DNA of 64,000 bases from Geosiphon pyriformis uo1 (GCA_016748015.1 JAAOMT010000200.1:804984-868983), one strand, 5' to 3'; counted from the first letter of the stretch, positions 50,104 through 63,513 are shown. A program made the numbers and translations. The notes: a model not told the origin generated them from the letters alone.

Positions 50104-51774
50104 ATGTCCACAATACCCCAAGACTTTGATCCTGAATTCCCCTTGAAACAACAAATTGTCTCAATAGCCGGGATATGCATGGCATTTATATCGATTACCG
50201 GATGTCTTTTTGTTTTTCTTCATGTTTATAAGTTCTGGAAGCTTAATGATAAAGCTCCATTGCCAATGTCATTGACTGTGCCTGTATATATAGCGCTAAA
50301 TAGTGAGTTTTCTGTTTATGAATTTAGGAGAATGTATTGATGTGAGGTTTTTTAATTTTCAAAATTTTTCAAAATTTATAGGTCTGTTTACACATACCCA
50401 ATTTTTATTTAATCTGGTAAAGAATTCATAACTTAATGAAAAATTTGAAAAGTCTTTACTTTCAGCATTTAAAATGGACCGCAAATAAATATTACTCTCT
50501 TTTGGTTTTCTTCCTTTTCATTTAGGGTTACCCATTGATACATCTTCGTCTATGGCCACAACTGCCTTGTAAAATTTTAACCTATTTATTTTATTCCTCT
50601 TTCGCTATGGACCTGGCTATATCCGTTTCAGTTGCCACATTCACATATTTAAGAAGTAATTTCAAGATTTTAATCATCATTATTAAATAAACTTTATTCT
50701 TTGAAGCAAAAACTCTTTTTTCTCACATTTTATTTTATGGTGTGAATTGATTATTTCAAGTATGCCGAAATAAAGCGATCTCTTTGGGGAAAAACGACTG
50801 GAAATTATTGATCCCACAAATTGTATTACCTATACTTTGTACATTCTCTGCGTTCTTTTATAATAGTACCTCGGCGGAACTTACATATGGGTAGGAATTT
50901 TTTTTTTTTTCTTTATTGTTTCTCCAAAGTCAGGTTAATAGAAACTTTAAACCATGCACTAATTTTGAAACTGAAAAAAAATCATTGAATAGGTGTTATA
51001 CAACTACAAAAAACCCTATAAACAGTGAAACCTGGTTTACAATCGTCATCCATCTTTCAGCAATGTCTTGGATTTTTTTTTGCTATCAAAGAACATTAAA
51101 AAAGCTAAGTATGGTTCAGAAAGTTCAGATTTCTATAGAGCATGAGGAATCAAACAAGGGGATAAAAAATTACGAAGAAATACGACTTAATAGAATTCAA
51201 CAAATTGTGAATCGAAAGATTTTTAGTTATTGTTTACTGTACGGATATCAGCTGGTAATTAATGAATCAAGAATATACATATTTCATAAAAGCTTTAAAA
51301 ATTTTTTCAAAGTTTAATATTCTTTGAAACATATACAACTTTTATTTTACAGATAGTAGCGATCGGTCTTATATTCATGGCATTGGTTAAAGTAAGGCTT
51401 TTCATTGAAATTCAAACTCAAGTTAAACAATAATATAGTAATTCAATTAAACTTACAATCTTTTACTGATTTTACACTTTTTTAAAGAGAAGTGAATATT
51501 TAGGTTTACATGTACTTTTTGTGATAGCATGCAACAATAACGGGTACGTAAATGTTTTGAAATTATTATTATTATTATTATTATTTACTTTGTTTAATAG
51601 TTTTAACAAGTTCTACCTTTATCGTCTTAAATAAAATATTTCAGAACGGTGAATGCAATACAATTCTTTTTGAATGAAGGGTACAAACATCAACAAAAAA
51701 AGTCATCATACGACGATCAAAACACGACAATAATTCATCAAACATCCACAAAATTCGAAGAAGCTCAAGTATAA
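50104..51774 (+). CDS. 7TM receptor, Git3/cAMP-receptor-like GPCR, paralog 3 (short N-terminus), 8 exons
   Basis: Same exon structure as paralog 2. MSTIPQDFDPEF...TYLRICRNKAISLGKNDW...NGTVNAIQFFLNEGY...KFEEAQV*. The stop is 4 codons earlier than in paralog 1. Confidence 0.85.
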
Positions 51775-53550
51775 CTCGTATACTTGACCATTTTGGAAAA
51801 ATCTTTTTAGATTTTAAAGTCTCAAATAACTTTTCTTGTTTTATTGATCTGAAAGTTTCTTGAGATTGATTTACTTATTTAAGTATTACTGTAGAGTTAC
51901 TTCATGCGTTACAAAAATAACGCTGAATTCGAATTTTGAATTTTAAAAATAAGTTGACGACAATATGTTACTAATTAAAGAATTAATTAATTTTGAGATT
52001 TTACCTAATTTTAGCAAGTAATAAGAATTTATTTATAATTATTTGAAGTTAAAAAATATTTTCATTTTTATGAATTTATTAAATAAATTAAGTTATTTAA
52101 CGACAAAACCATTTTTATTCAATTTTAATTTTATGTTCAAAATATTCTTGGATTAATGAAAATTTTCCTCAAAGTAAAATCAATGTATTAATCAAGTAAT
52201 CCAATAACAATATACAGTTTTTAACCCGAATTACATAAAATTTGGTATCCACATTTATCGTATTTTTATTGTGGCTAGAAAATTTTCTTGAACTATTTTA
52301 ACTTTGTTCATGACGTCTGAATATTTATCAAGTCTATTAACACGCTGGGTTTTTTGTGTACCAAAATTAATTTAGATGCTTCTTCATGGTACAGCATCAC
52401 TCAAAATTAGCGTTTTATTCCGAATTTTAAAAGTAATTCTAACTGTGGTTCCACAGTGTAGATAAACCCTGCTATCTTATCCACTCAAAATATTATATAA
52501 AACTCTAATTTTAGAAGTGAATAATTTGAAAACTCTTTTATTTTTTAACCAATTAAAGAGTCGGCCTTATCTAAGGGTACAATAAATTTGTGAAATTAAA
52601 ACTTTTTTGTGAAGAGAAAGTGCAAATTTACAATATTTTTATAGCAAAACAATACTTATTGTTGAAAAACAAAGATTTATACGAACTTTGTAATCTTAAA
52701 TTTTTGTCAAATGTTTTTAATTGTCTTGCTAGAAAATGCACAGAATTATTCGAATCTTTTTAAATATTAAATCTAATTTAAATAATTTAAAAAAAAAAGA
52801 TCAACTCAAAAAAAAAAACCCCCCATTTTCGTATTTCCCTAATAACAATGTTGATGCTCGAATTTAAAGAGGAATTGACTATTAGAGATTTTGAACTTTA
52901 ATTTTGGCTATTCTAAATTAAGAAATTTAAATGCATTAAGATAAACGTGCAGGATAAATGCTTATTTGATAGATTATATATTTAAAATAAACCAATCCAA
53001 AGGTTTTATTGACAGTTGTGGGTGGGTAAAATTACAGTGTAAATGATACTTTACTAGGATCCCACTTTGGAGAAATTTCTAAATCATCTTTTGACAAATT
53101 CATAATTGAGATAAAAACTATTGGGATCGTCATATAAAACACAGCAGCTTTTTGATAAAAATCTCTAGTATTGATGAATACCGGTTCTACCCTTATCAAT
53201 GACACACTTATACATTTTTTATGGTTCTTGATTGTGATTATCTTATATTGTTAATTCTGAAAGATTAAAAGAACTCAGTAGCTCATTTTATTTTTATAGA
53301 TAAATTTATTTTTGATTTTACTCTCCTATTAATTATGCACCACACATAGGAAAGCAGTCATATCTACAAAATTTTAGGGCAATTCATTAGTTCAATTCTC
53401 CTACCAAGGTGGTACCAATGTTACCAACAACCCTTGATCTCAGGAAATACATGTATATCTTATCAAGTACGGGAACACAGATGATAATGCTGTACAAAAT
53501 GAAATTTAACGCGTTATGAAGTGATTTTTAAATAAATTCTACGTTTTATC

Positions 53551-53597
53551 ATCCATCCATCCGTCCATCCATTCATTCATTCATTCATTCATTCATT
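53551..53597. repeat. (ATCC)n(ATTC)n microsatellite just upstream of the kelch gene ATG
   Basis: atccatccatccgtccatccattcattcattc... read directly. Confidence 0.9.
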
Positions 53598-53610
53598 TCA
53601 AAACTCCAAA

Positions 53611-55501
53611 ATGGTTCGAATATCAAGTATCAAATTCATCCAAAGGATGATGATTCTGTCTTTAATATTGATATCAGCGACCTTTATAACTGCACAATTA
53701 CCGAACCCACGAACGTAATTCTAGAAATTTTATTGATTTCCTGTGATTAATTATGATTTTATTTAAGCTAAACCGAAAGCAAAATTTTTTTTTTTTTTCA
53801 AAGGGGTCACTCAATCGTTTCAATTGATAATAGGTAAAATAAAATTTCTATTTTTTACGGGGAGATGTAAGGAGCCATACTAGAAAACTCATAACTCTTA
53901 AATTTAGGCTATACACCTTCGGAGGTTCTTTATTCAAACCGGAGACTTCAGTTAATACATCTGACGATACAAATGAAATTTGGACTTTAGACTTTACAAA
54001 ACCATTCTCTGCATTTTCACCTCCATGGGAAAAATTAAATGCATCAGGTTATACTATTCCAAGCGATTACCACACAGCTAGTATCGGTGGAGCCGATAAT
54101 GACAAAATGATAATTTTCGGAGGCTTAACACCATTAACTTCACCACCTGAAAACTCATTTACCACTTTTGAAACGAAAACCCAAGAATGGAAAACTCTAT
54201 ATTCATTTCCATCACGAAGATTTAAACATAGCGCTGTCACCAGATTTAATGATTCAAAAATTTTTATTTTTGGTGGCTGTATCAACTCTTATCCAGATAC
54301 CAAAGAAAAAAAAACAATATATTTGAATGAGTTAATTATTCTTGATTCAAGGTTCAATACGTGGGATGCTATGATTCGTGGTAATAACTTCGCTGTTCCT
54401 TCTTGTGGACACACTGCGACATTGTTAAGCGATGGTAAAATGTATTTAATCGGTGGATTAATTGGCACCGGCCAACTGGCAAATATGACTGATATTCAAG
54501 TCTATGATACATTTACAGGGGAATGGTTTCAAAGGGTAACCTATTTTTTCGAATAAAATTGACAGATTTAATATTCTCTACTATTTAAATAATCATCTTA
54601 TCCTATTTTTAATTCCCAAGATAGCCAATGGAGATATACCTACCCCTCGTCAATCACATGGAGCAATTGGAAGTATGTACAATTTTGAATCATTGCAAAC
54701 TCTTTAACTAATAACTAACTAACTAACTAACTAAATAACTAACTTTCATAACGTGATTAGTTTCAAATAATAAAATTATTATCTTTGGCGGGATAAACAA
54801 TCTTGATTATTCGTCAACCGATGTGTACATATTGGATACAGAAAAACTGCCCTATAAATGGAAAAAGCAGAATACAACTGGAGAACCACCTACTGCCAGA
54901 CACTCACATACCATGACAATGGTGGGAACAAATGCTATTATCGCTTTTGGTTAGTAATGCATTTTAATTTGAAAAAGAATCGAATTTGAAGCAAAAATAT
55001 TTTGGCCACTTTCTAACTGACAAACTATTCACATACATCTTAGGTTCAAGTGTAAATATTCTTTCAGAATATAAAGGTTTTTTTGAAATTCATCTGGAAA
55101 GCATTAAATTTGTTACTGAATTTTTATTTAATTTATTTCCACAGGCAAATTGGCGAAGCGATAGACACTTTTATGTCCTAAATACAACAACATTCACTTG
55201 GCAAACTGAATACAAACCAAACGGACTTGACCTAACAAAAATTGGCAATTCAGGAAGCTTGAATGTTACCCAGAAAGAAAACAATACAAATACTTCTTCA
55301 CAAAACGATACGAATGCTACTTTGAAAAGTCATAATTCTTCAGAATCCAAAGCACTATCATCGATTGAAACCTTGGCTATTGTGGTTGTTGCTATTCTTT
55401 TATTAGTATTATGTCCAGTTTTAATTTACATTTTTTACATAAGATCAAAAATTTCGAATGCGGGAATGAATTCTTTAACGTCGAATGGCACTCTCCGTTA
55501 G
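53611..55501 (+). CDS. Cell-surface kelch/galactose-oxidase-type beta-propeller, type I membrane protein; exons 53611-53714, 53804-53833, 53908-54535, 54621-54672, 54761-54949, 55044-55051, 55145-55501
   Basis: Signal peptide MVRISSIKFIQRMMILSLILISATFITA. Kelch blades PRTGHS..LYTFGG, YHTA..MIIFGG, RFKHSA..IFIFGG, CGHTA..MYLIGG, PRQSHGA..IIIFGG, ARHSHT..IIAFG. N/S/T-rich stalk, TM LAIVVVAILLLVLCPVLIYIFYI, short tail. Confidence 0.9.
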
Positions 55502-56159
55502 AATGATTGAGAATTTCAAGAATTGTTAGTCGTCTGTGTTTTTTTTTTGATAAAAAAAAACATCGAAAGAAAACGAGTATAATTATGATATAAAATATAT
55601 TAAGATTTATAGCATAGTTTCTCAATGTTAAAGTTAATTATATAATATAATCAGAATTTTGAAATCTTTGGAATTTAATTATAAAATACATTATTTTTAA
55701 AATTTTTAAATTGTTTTATTTTTTTACTATCATATCTTAATAGGTAACAGCAAAAATTTAGTTAGAAATAATAAAGATTGTTGAACTGGATTGACTGATA
55801 TAAAATCTAAAGACCTTAATAGTTATTTTTGTCACATTAATGTATAAAATATATAAGCCTTTATATTAAAAAATATTAAACATCTAAAATAAGATAATTA
55901 CAATAAATTCTCGACAAATGGGTTATTCAGAATTGCATATAAAATTTAATTTCATCGAATTTTTTAATAAAAGCTATTCTTCATTAAAATAACAATCTAT
56001 AAATATTCACTCTTATTTAAAGCTTAACTTAAGGTGTTCTGCCATAATTAAGCAAACCTTTTATTATCCTTTCCTGGTTAGCAAAGTTTTCATTTAAAGA
56101 AGCTCGGAAAGGAGGTTATCCCATGACCCATAAAAATTGAACGAAAACCATTCATCTTT

Positions 56160-56233
56160 TTGTTATTTGTTTGCTTGTTTGCTTGTTTGCTTGTTTGCTT
56201 GCTTGATTACTTGTTTGTTTGTTGATTTGTTTG
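56160..56233. repeat. (TTGC/TTGT)n compound microsatellite
   Basis: ttgtttgcttgtttgcttgtttgc... read directly. Confidence 0.85.
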
Positions 56234-58439
56234 TCGGAAGCTTAAATTTAAAATTAGGAGTGTTGACCTTTTCTGATAATTTAAGTTTTTTATTTTAATT
56301 ACATGTAAATCAAAGAGATATTACCAATGAGTTTATTTTTGGCCCGAAACTTATAAAATCATTAATAAAATTTTATAAGATATTCTCGTTTAATATATAC
56401 TACCTTTGAATGAAAAACTCGTAAATGTTAATCATAAATTAAAGATTATTATGAAAAAAGACTTGAAAAAAATCTCTTTATATTTATTTTTCTGCATTAC
56501 TTTCTTATCTTTGTTAACACAAAGAAGAACAACAATCTCACATATTGAACATTTATGAGGTTTTATGAAAATTATTTGTGCTTTGTTTATTAATTGTAAA
56601 AGAATTCATTGACGTGCAATCTCGAGTTCGATGAATCTAGAATCATTAATTTCTTTGTGCGATAAAAATGATGTCTCATTTAATTTTTATATTGTTCGAA
56701 CGAAATATATTATTTGCATTCCATTAAAAACTAAAAAAAAATTCAAGTTTTTCTAATTGTGTATCTATGACAAATTGAACAAAAAACATTCAAAAGATGT
56801 CTTTAGCTAGAATAATCTACTGAAAATGTTTGAATCACTGGAATTTTTAATACCTTGTTTAGATCTTAAAATAATAAAAAGTTGTTTGAGAAATCAAATT
56901 AGCAAAAACTAAAATAAATTTATGATAAAAGAAAATATACAATAATTTAGTTTATAATAACATTCTTAATAAAAATCGGCTTGAGATAAAAAAAATTCTT
57001 TTGTTTCCTCTGGGAAAATTTTTCTCAACAAAAGATCATCTTATTAATTAAGAGAACCAACAATTTAAAAATTTTTAATGATTCGTGCCTGCGAGTTTTT
57101 TTGTTTTATCAAACGCTAAATATGTTATAATCTTTCCCACAATTTATTTTTAAATATTAAACCTGTGAGTAAGATTGGCAATTTTAAGGGGTAAAAATAA
57201 AGCAACTATTGTAAATTAAGAACTGAATATAGTCTACTAAAAATACAATCACTCTCCCCTCCCCCAAACTATTCATTTAAGTTTTTAACCAGCCAACTTG
57301 ATACAAAAATCAACAAAGACCAGTTTAAAAATCTATATATTCGAACTAGTTCACTTTACATTTTTTTTCATGATTATTCTGATTTGAATTGTGAAGCCCA
57401 AAGTTCAATCTTTTTCATTGAATAAAGAATAAAAAGTCTCTAAAAATAGAAAATATAAGAATAGTAATGCTTGACCAATTTAAAGATCTAAAATCTAAAA
57501 GTTGATGAACCCCATGTTTATTATTGTCAAAATATCCTTATTTCCCACCATTTGACATGCATGTGTGATCTTGTTATGCAATTCTGAAATCTCTTTTGAA
57601 TTTCATGGCACTTTAAAGGGTTCTTTTGACTAGATTATGACCAAACAGATAATATTTATTCTGTCAGTGTTTTTTTTTTACCGTGTTTTCCCGCGATTAA
57701 TTTCGTGAAACGCAACAAAAAATAAAAAAGAAGCTTTGGAAAAATGATGAGGAAAAAATTCTGCCGTCTTTTCCAACCAAATACACACTATTCTGATTTT
57801 CTCGGGATTGTCCACTACTACTAATAAAAACAGCCCTACTCAATTCTTTTTGTTTTGTCGATTATGAGCTGGTGGGAAAAGATTTACGAATTGGGGAACT
57901 TTAAAATTGAAAATTTACAGTTTCATTCTTTGTTCTATAATTTAGACAACAATATGCAGCTCATACGCGTTCCCAAATTTTGTTAATCTCTTTTTTCTTT
58001 TGTTATTATTTAAATGAGGACAACTTTTATTTCACTTTATAAAATTGCTTAAAATAATTGTTCTAAATTTAAAAAAAAAAAAAAAACTTTGCACATACTT
58101 TAAAAAAAATTCCTAGTTCTCCTGCCTGCCATCTTTCATCATTTTTCCGATAATTATGAAATTAACACACCAAAAACCACTTTTGCACAAGGTTCTATCA
58201 AAATTAAAAAAAATAATTTTTATCTAAAAAGTTAAATGACTTGCAGTAACAAAAATTATTGTGACATTATTTAAAAAAGTAAAAAATAAAAATTTGAATT
58301 AAAACAACCTATAATAATTTTCTGTATCAATTTTTTCTTAATTGCTAGTGTTTTTATAATTTGGTTCATAATATTAAAACTTTTCTGTTTTTTAAAAAAA
58401 TTTATCTTAATTTTTACTCGCAAATATATATATATATTT

Positions 58440-58475
<36 letters not shown>

Positions 58476-58972
58476 TTAATGAAATTTTTTAATATCATAA
58501 ACTAATATTATTACTTGGAAATAAAGACAAATATTCTCAATTTTTAATTTTAATTGATAATTATTATTTTTTATTTAATTTGTTGAAAACTTTTATAATT
58601 CTATTAAAAATGTGAAAAATCACCAACATATATTATTGGCTAAGAAACCTTTAACTTTTTTTATTATAATCAAAGCTTTAATACATGTACTATTAAACAC
58701 AATTTTCGATGAAGTGGATTTGAAAATATGATAAATAGCCGCCTAATTTAAAAATCCTGAAAATTAATACGTCTTGAAATTCTTCAAGGAAATTGAATAC
58801 GGTGTTTCACGAGGTAGTTTAAGAATTAATTTATTCATTTACAATTTTTTTGTCAATAAGACTTTAAATTTTTATAAATCTAATTTTTACTTAAATATAC
58901 CCTCAGGAATTCAACTCATCTGAACACAAAAAGACCTCTAACCAAAAAAAAAACTTTTACAAAAATTACAGA

Positions 58973-59648
58973 CTACTGTGGATTCAAGATTACATGGTCG
59001 TGTTTTGAAACATGCTTATTTTGGGCTTTGAATTTATTGATTCGGTAGTCGTAATAGGCAGTAAAGATACCTGGTAAAAGGGGTGGGAATGGTGAACCTA
59101 GGAGTTGGAGGACAACTCTATTTTATAGGTAAAAAGAGTATGCTTAATTCAGTAAGATCAAAATTGTCAAATTATCAATTTCAAGATATTCCAATAAATT
59201 TTACCTTTGCTGTACACCCTTCCAAGCATGTGTGGCTTTAGTAGCAATAGCGTAATGCTGATCCTCAACAATATCAAAAAACTCTAGACCCCAATCGCTA
59301 GATGTTTTTACGTAGGAAATTTTGGTAAATCGTATTTCTTTGAGACCAGAACATCGACGTTTTATCCAAGCATTTCCAGAAGAGGTCCAAGTAATCTTAT
59401 AATCACAAGCTTGAACATCATCTGGTGACAGGTTATCTTTGTAAGGGAAATTAATCGAAATCGAGGGATTATTGGCAAAAAACTCATAATGATCTGCGGA
59501 TGCAGAGGCCGTTTTCACATGGGTAAGGTTTCTTAGCTGATCACGTCGTTCCTCACGAACTTCATAATACAATGGATTGAGAAACTTGTACGGCTGTGAA
59601 ATCAGTTCACCATAAATCCATGGTGGATAAGGATAATCGTCATCACCG

Positions 59649-59688
<40 letters not shown>

Positions 59689-60088
59689 TATCATCATGTT
59701 GTTGAGTTTTATTGATGTTATACGAGGTAAGATTTGCGTTTAATTCTTTGAGAAAAATTTTCACTTCGTCTTTTCCATTCAACTTGGCAAACGTCGAAAA
59801 ATCAAGAGGCGGTGGTTGCTCAATAGTGTAATCCCAAAGATAATTTTTTGTAAACCGTGAATTAACTGTTAGCTGATAATGTACTGGGATGTAGGATAAA
59901 CCTGCTGAGAGAGGAGCTTCGCTGGCTTGAAAGAAATATGCGATCCCATTTAAAGTGACAAGAACGAGAAAAAAAACAACTAGAAATCCTAAAAATGATT
60001 GAAAAGTCAAAAGGTGTTTTTTTAGACGGTCAAACAAAGATTCTTGTTCTGTGGAGCCAAGTAGTGGACTTCTTTCGTTGTCTGCCAT
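58973..60088 (-). CDS. Type II membrane protein, paralog of 46119-47168, with a poly-Asp insert; 2 exons (60088-59205, 59117-58973)
   Basis: MADNERSPLL, TM, ASEAPLSAGLSYIPVHYQL vs ASEDFPLNPGISLIPKDYKL, DYTIEQP vs DYIIEQP, DDVQACDY vs DDFRACRY, WGLEFFDI vs FGLDFFDV. Exon 2 RVVLQLLGSPFPPLLPGIFTAYYDY...NPQ*. Confidence 0.84.
59635..59696. repeat. (GAT)n coding microsatellite giving ~20 Asp
   Basis: catcatcat... on the plus strand, translated DDNDDDDDDDDDDDDDGDDDY. Confidence 0.95.
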
Positions 60089-61001
60089 TGCAACAAATGA
60101 TAAAGAGAAGCAACCAAAGAAGAAAATATGGCCTTTATGATTATATATTTTCTTTATGGGACCTCATTTAATAATGTTTCTTTGTTGTCCAGTGGTGTAA
60201 CCTGCAACCTTTTGTTGGCGTTTGTGTCTCCGCCAATTAAAGAGGAGCCACGCATTGGAATAGGAAATTCTTGGAAATCAAATTTTTTAGTTCCATTAAA
60301 TGATGGTTAGGCTACATCCATTTACGGCTTTAACTTACTTCTTTCTTACCATCTAATAAAGTACGGGTCAGATTAAAGATTATCATATTTAGCATGTTCA
60401 CTATAGTTTTTTATGGGGTTTCTCCATTTTTTGATTAAACCTTCAATGAAAAATTGTTTACGTCACGCGACTCGAGTGTTTTTGTATTTGTTATAAGGTT
60501 TTTAAAATTTATTAAAGTTGTGATTAAAATAATGAAGATAATAATAATAATAATAATAATAAAGATAAAAGATAATAATAAGAATTAGAAAAACTATGTA
60601 CAAATATTTTGTTGGCGATACTCTTTGCTGTAAAGATTACAATAATAGTAAGTAAAATAATTGTTAATGTTCTTCTGTTTACAGCTATCAAGATCCCAAG
60701 TATATAAAATGTCCTTTTTACAACTACTATATGATTATTTTATTAATGTAAGAAAATGCTAAATTTTCGCTCGCGAAAAGTTAAGCCGAAGGTATGTACT
60801 ATCAATGTAGTGATGTTGACACTGATAGCAAGCAGTATGGTACAAGGCACCCAAGAAATATTTTACAGACGAAATGGTTCAATCATGAATTTTTCCTGAA
60901 ATTATAATAAAAACAATAATTTGTGAATAACTGCTACCAAGAATTGAAAATGTAAATATGTTTTAATTAGAAATGAGTTTAAAAGTACTTACTCAAGTTT
61001 T

Positions 61002-62519
61002 TTACACGATTGGAACTTGAAGCCTTTCCCAACGTTGAGTATTTTTCTTGCTTTTACCACCAAACAAACGCGTTTTAGTAAAGGATATCTAGATAAGAAA
61101 TTAAACAAAAAGTTGTTAGCAAAGGAGCGCGCGTTCAAAAGAATGGAATCATATTGCAAAATGATTTTAATGTGTAAGCCCACTTACAATATTAGAAAGG
61201 AAGTCAAACTTCTCATTGAAGTTTGGTGTTGGGAAAGTCACAAGTTTAATATTATTAAGACGTCGAGTTCGATGAATTTCTGTGTTACCAACTTTCCCAG
61301 GAATGGTCGTGACCTTTTTGGTAAGCAATTTCTTTTTGATTGGTTGATTAGGTAAGTCATGTGGAGCAAAACCTTCCAATCTTTCAGCTTTGGCAGGTTG
61401 TGGTTTGGCAACGCTTTGAATTGGTTTTGAAATCAGGATTGAAGTTACGAGTGTTGGTTTAACCTCTAACTTTTCTTTTATTTCGCTTTCTTTGACATCG
61501 CTTTCGCAAATTTCAGTGTTTGTGGCATCGTTTTCGGAAACAACTATTTCATCATTGAGGTCATTTTCATGGTTTAATTCATTTTCAATGATTTCAGGCA
61601 CTTGAACTTCGGTCTCTTTCTCCTCATTTTGAATTATAATTGAATCTTCGTTGATGAGTGTTGAAAGTTGAGGTTCGGATTTATTAGCAAAGAACCAAGT
61701 AGTAAGATTATTGAGAGGTGAAACGGAGGCTGAAGATTCGGGTGGGGAATCATTAATAATTTCAGGCTCTTCAGTTATATTAGTATCCAATACGGTATTT
61801 GTGAGTAATTTTGGGGTGACTGCGGCGTTTTCTTTATTAGCAGCAAACCAAGAAGACAGAAAAGCGCCTGCATCAATCCTTTTAGGTTGTAGAGTAGAAG
61901 TAGCCTCGATTTGAGGAGATTTGCCTTTTGATTTTGAATTAATTTTGGAGTCATTAATTCCGAAATTCATTGAAGAGAAAAGTCCAAGCAAACCAGTGGT
62001 TTGTGTAATTTGTTTTTGAATTATAATTTCTTGTAATTTTGCTGTGCCATATAGTGTTTCATTTAATTTTCTGACGATCGGACTATCTGACACTCCTTCT
62101 TCGAGTGGGATGTCTTCTGTAACTTTTGAGAATGTGGCAGAAACTTTTACGCGCTCAATTTTGATAGGTGCTGGTTCTGGTGCAAAAGAGACAAGTCGTG
62201 ATGCGTCAGACATTTGAAATACAGCTGGTTCTGAGCGAGAACGTTTATCATCCAAAGGTAATGAACGACGCCACTCATTTTTAACTTGAGGACTTTGTGG
62301 TGGGACTACAGGTTGTTGACTGACGGTGTTGGTGACGTAGGTTTCATACTCGTTCATGAATTTGGCCGCAGATGGAGGAAGTTCACCTTCTTCCTCAGCA
62401 ACATTTTTAAGAATATTTGTTAAGATATCTAAGTAGTCATGAATATCATCGAACAACTGTTTTGCGTCGTCGATATCAGAGGTACTTTGGGATCGGATTG
62501 GTTTTCTTGGAGATTCCAT
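61002..62519 (-). CDS. Hypothetical largely low-complexity protein, probable exons 62519-61188 and 61088-61002
   Basis: A 1.37-kb open frame with ATG in aaaaATGG context, GTAAGT donor at 61187, CTAG acceptor giving ISFTKTRLFGGKSKKNTQRWERLQVPIV*. E/S/P-rich. No family recognised. Confidence 0.75.
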
Positions 62520-63445
62520 TTTTTTTAGAGTAGACAATGGAAATAAAGACTAGTTTGTAAAGAATATGAAATGGGATAAGCTTTCCTAACGGTAAGTGAA
62601 AAGGTAGGTCCTAATAAAATTTAGGTATAGATAATAATAATAATAATAATAGTAATAATACTAATGATTTAAATTGCAATTAAGTCAAGTCTTTTCCTTT
62701 GCAGACTTTTTAATGATAAAATTAAAATTTGTGTATTATCTTATTTGATGATAATATAATGTGTTCCTTTAATAAAAGATGAACTAAATAAATTGGTTGA
62801 CACTTTGATGGTCAAAAATACCAAGAGGGTAAATACTTTATGATTTAAAAAGGAGAACAATTATTTAAATTTTGCAGTTGAGTTTCAAAGTTCGACCAGT
62901 CAGTTTTATATGTTTTTTTGACTTCTCTCTCTATTTTTCTGTATAGGTATGACAACGGTATTCACCAGTGTCTCATTTTCAGGTGCCGCCGCGCGAGATC
63001 TACAAATAGCTCTGATATCAAGTAAGCAAATAAAATAAACTTTTTGTTATAATCACTTTTTTTTTAGAGTAAAAGATCACACGAGTGAAGGAATGATAAG
63101 AGTTGACCGATTCAAGTGAATCATTTAAAAAATTTTTTTTTTGAGCGAACGAATAAATTAGACTATTTTAAATATTCTATTTTGTATTAGATTTTCATTA
63201 TTTTTTATGTATCAAATGTACTATCAAATTTTTCATGCATAAAAAAATCACTTTACTGATCAACTTTTAAAAAATATATATATATATATAAATATATATA
63301 TTTTTAAATTGATAAAGCATTTTAAAGAGAATGTTTGTTCTAGAATAAAATTTTTTCAATAAGATGTTCATTTTTTGAAGTAAAAAATTGAATTAAGAAA
63401 AATTGAATGACAACATTAAATAAATTAATGAGAATTTGGGATCAA

Positions 63446-63469
63446 TATTGAATAATAATAATAATGATC

Positions 63470-63513
<44 letters not shown>
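63446..63513. repeat. (AAT)n microsatellite
   Basis: Long aat run. It generates the spurious poly-N and poly-Y ORFs. Confidence 0.95.

Larger units (their letters stand above)
49232..55865 (+). repeat. Copy 3 (most complete) of the GPCR + kelch duplication unit
   Basis: Colinear with 29761-34948 and contains both genes intact. Confidence 0.95.

Noticed and set aside
53611-55501. Kelch gene as a Gpb1/Gpb2 ortholog or an active galactose oxidase
   Set aside because: Signal peptide plus C-terminal TM place the propeller outside the cell, unlike cytosolic Gpb1/2. The C-terminal Ig-like domain and copper-ligand motifs of galactose oxidase are not evident.
58271-58498. Short ORFs with poly-I, poly-N, poly-Y or FLSF runs (also 45255, 63425, 63436, 3095)
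   Set aside because: Generated by microsatellites and AT-rich DNA.
61017-61914. Antisense and alternate-frame ORFs overlapping real genes (also 666, 9120, 10156, 27999, 41246, 44333, 46037, 54067)
   Set aside because: Shadow frames of better-supported genes, with no independent motifs.
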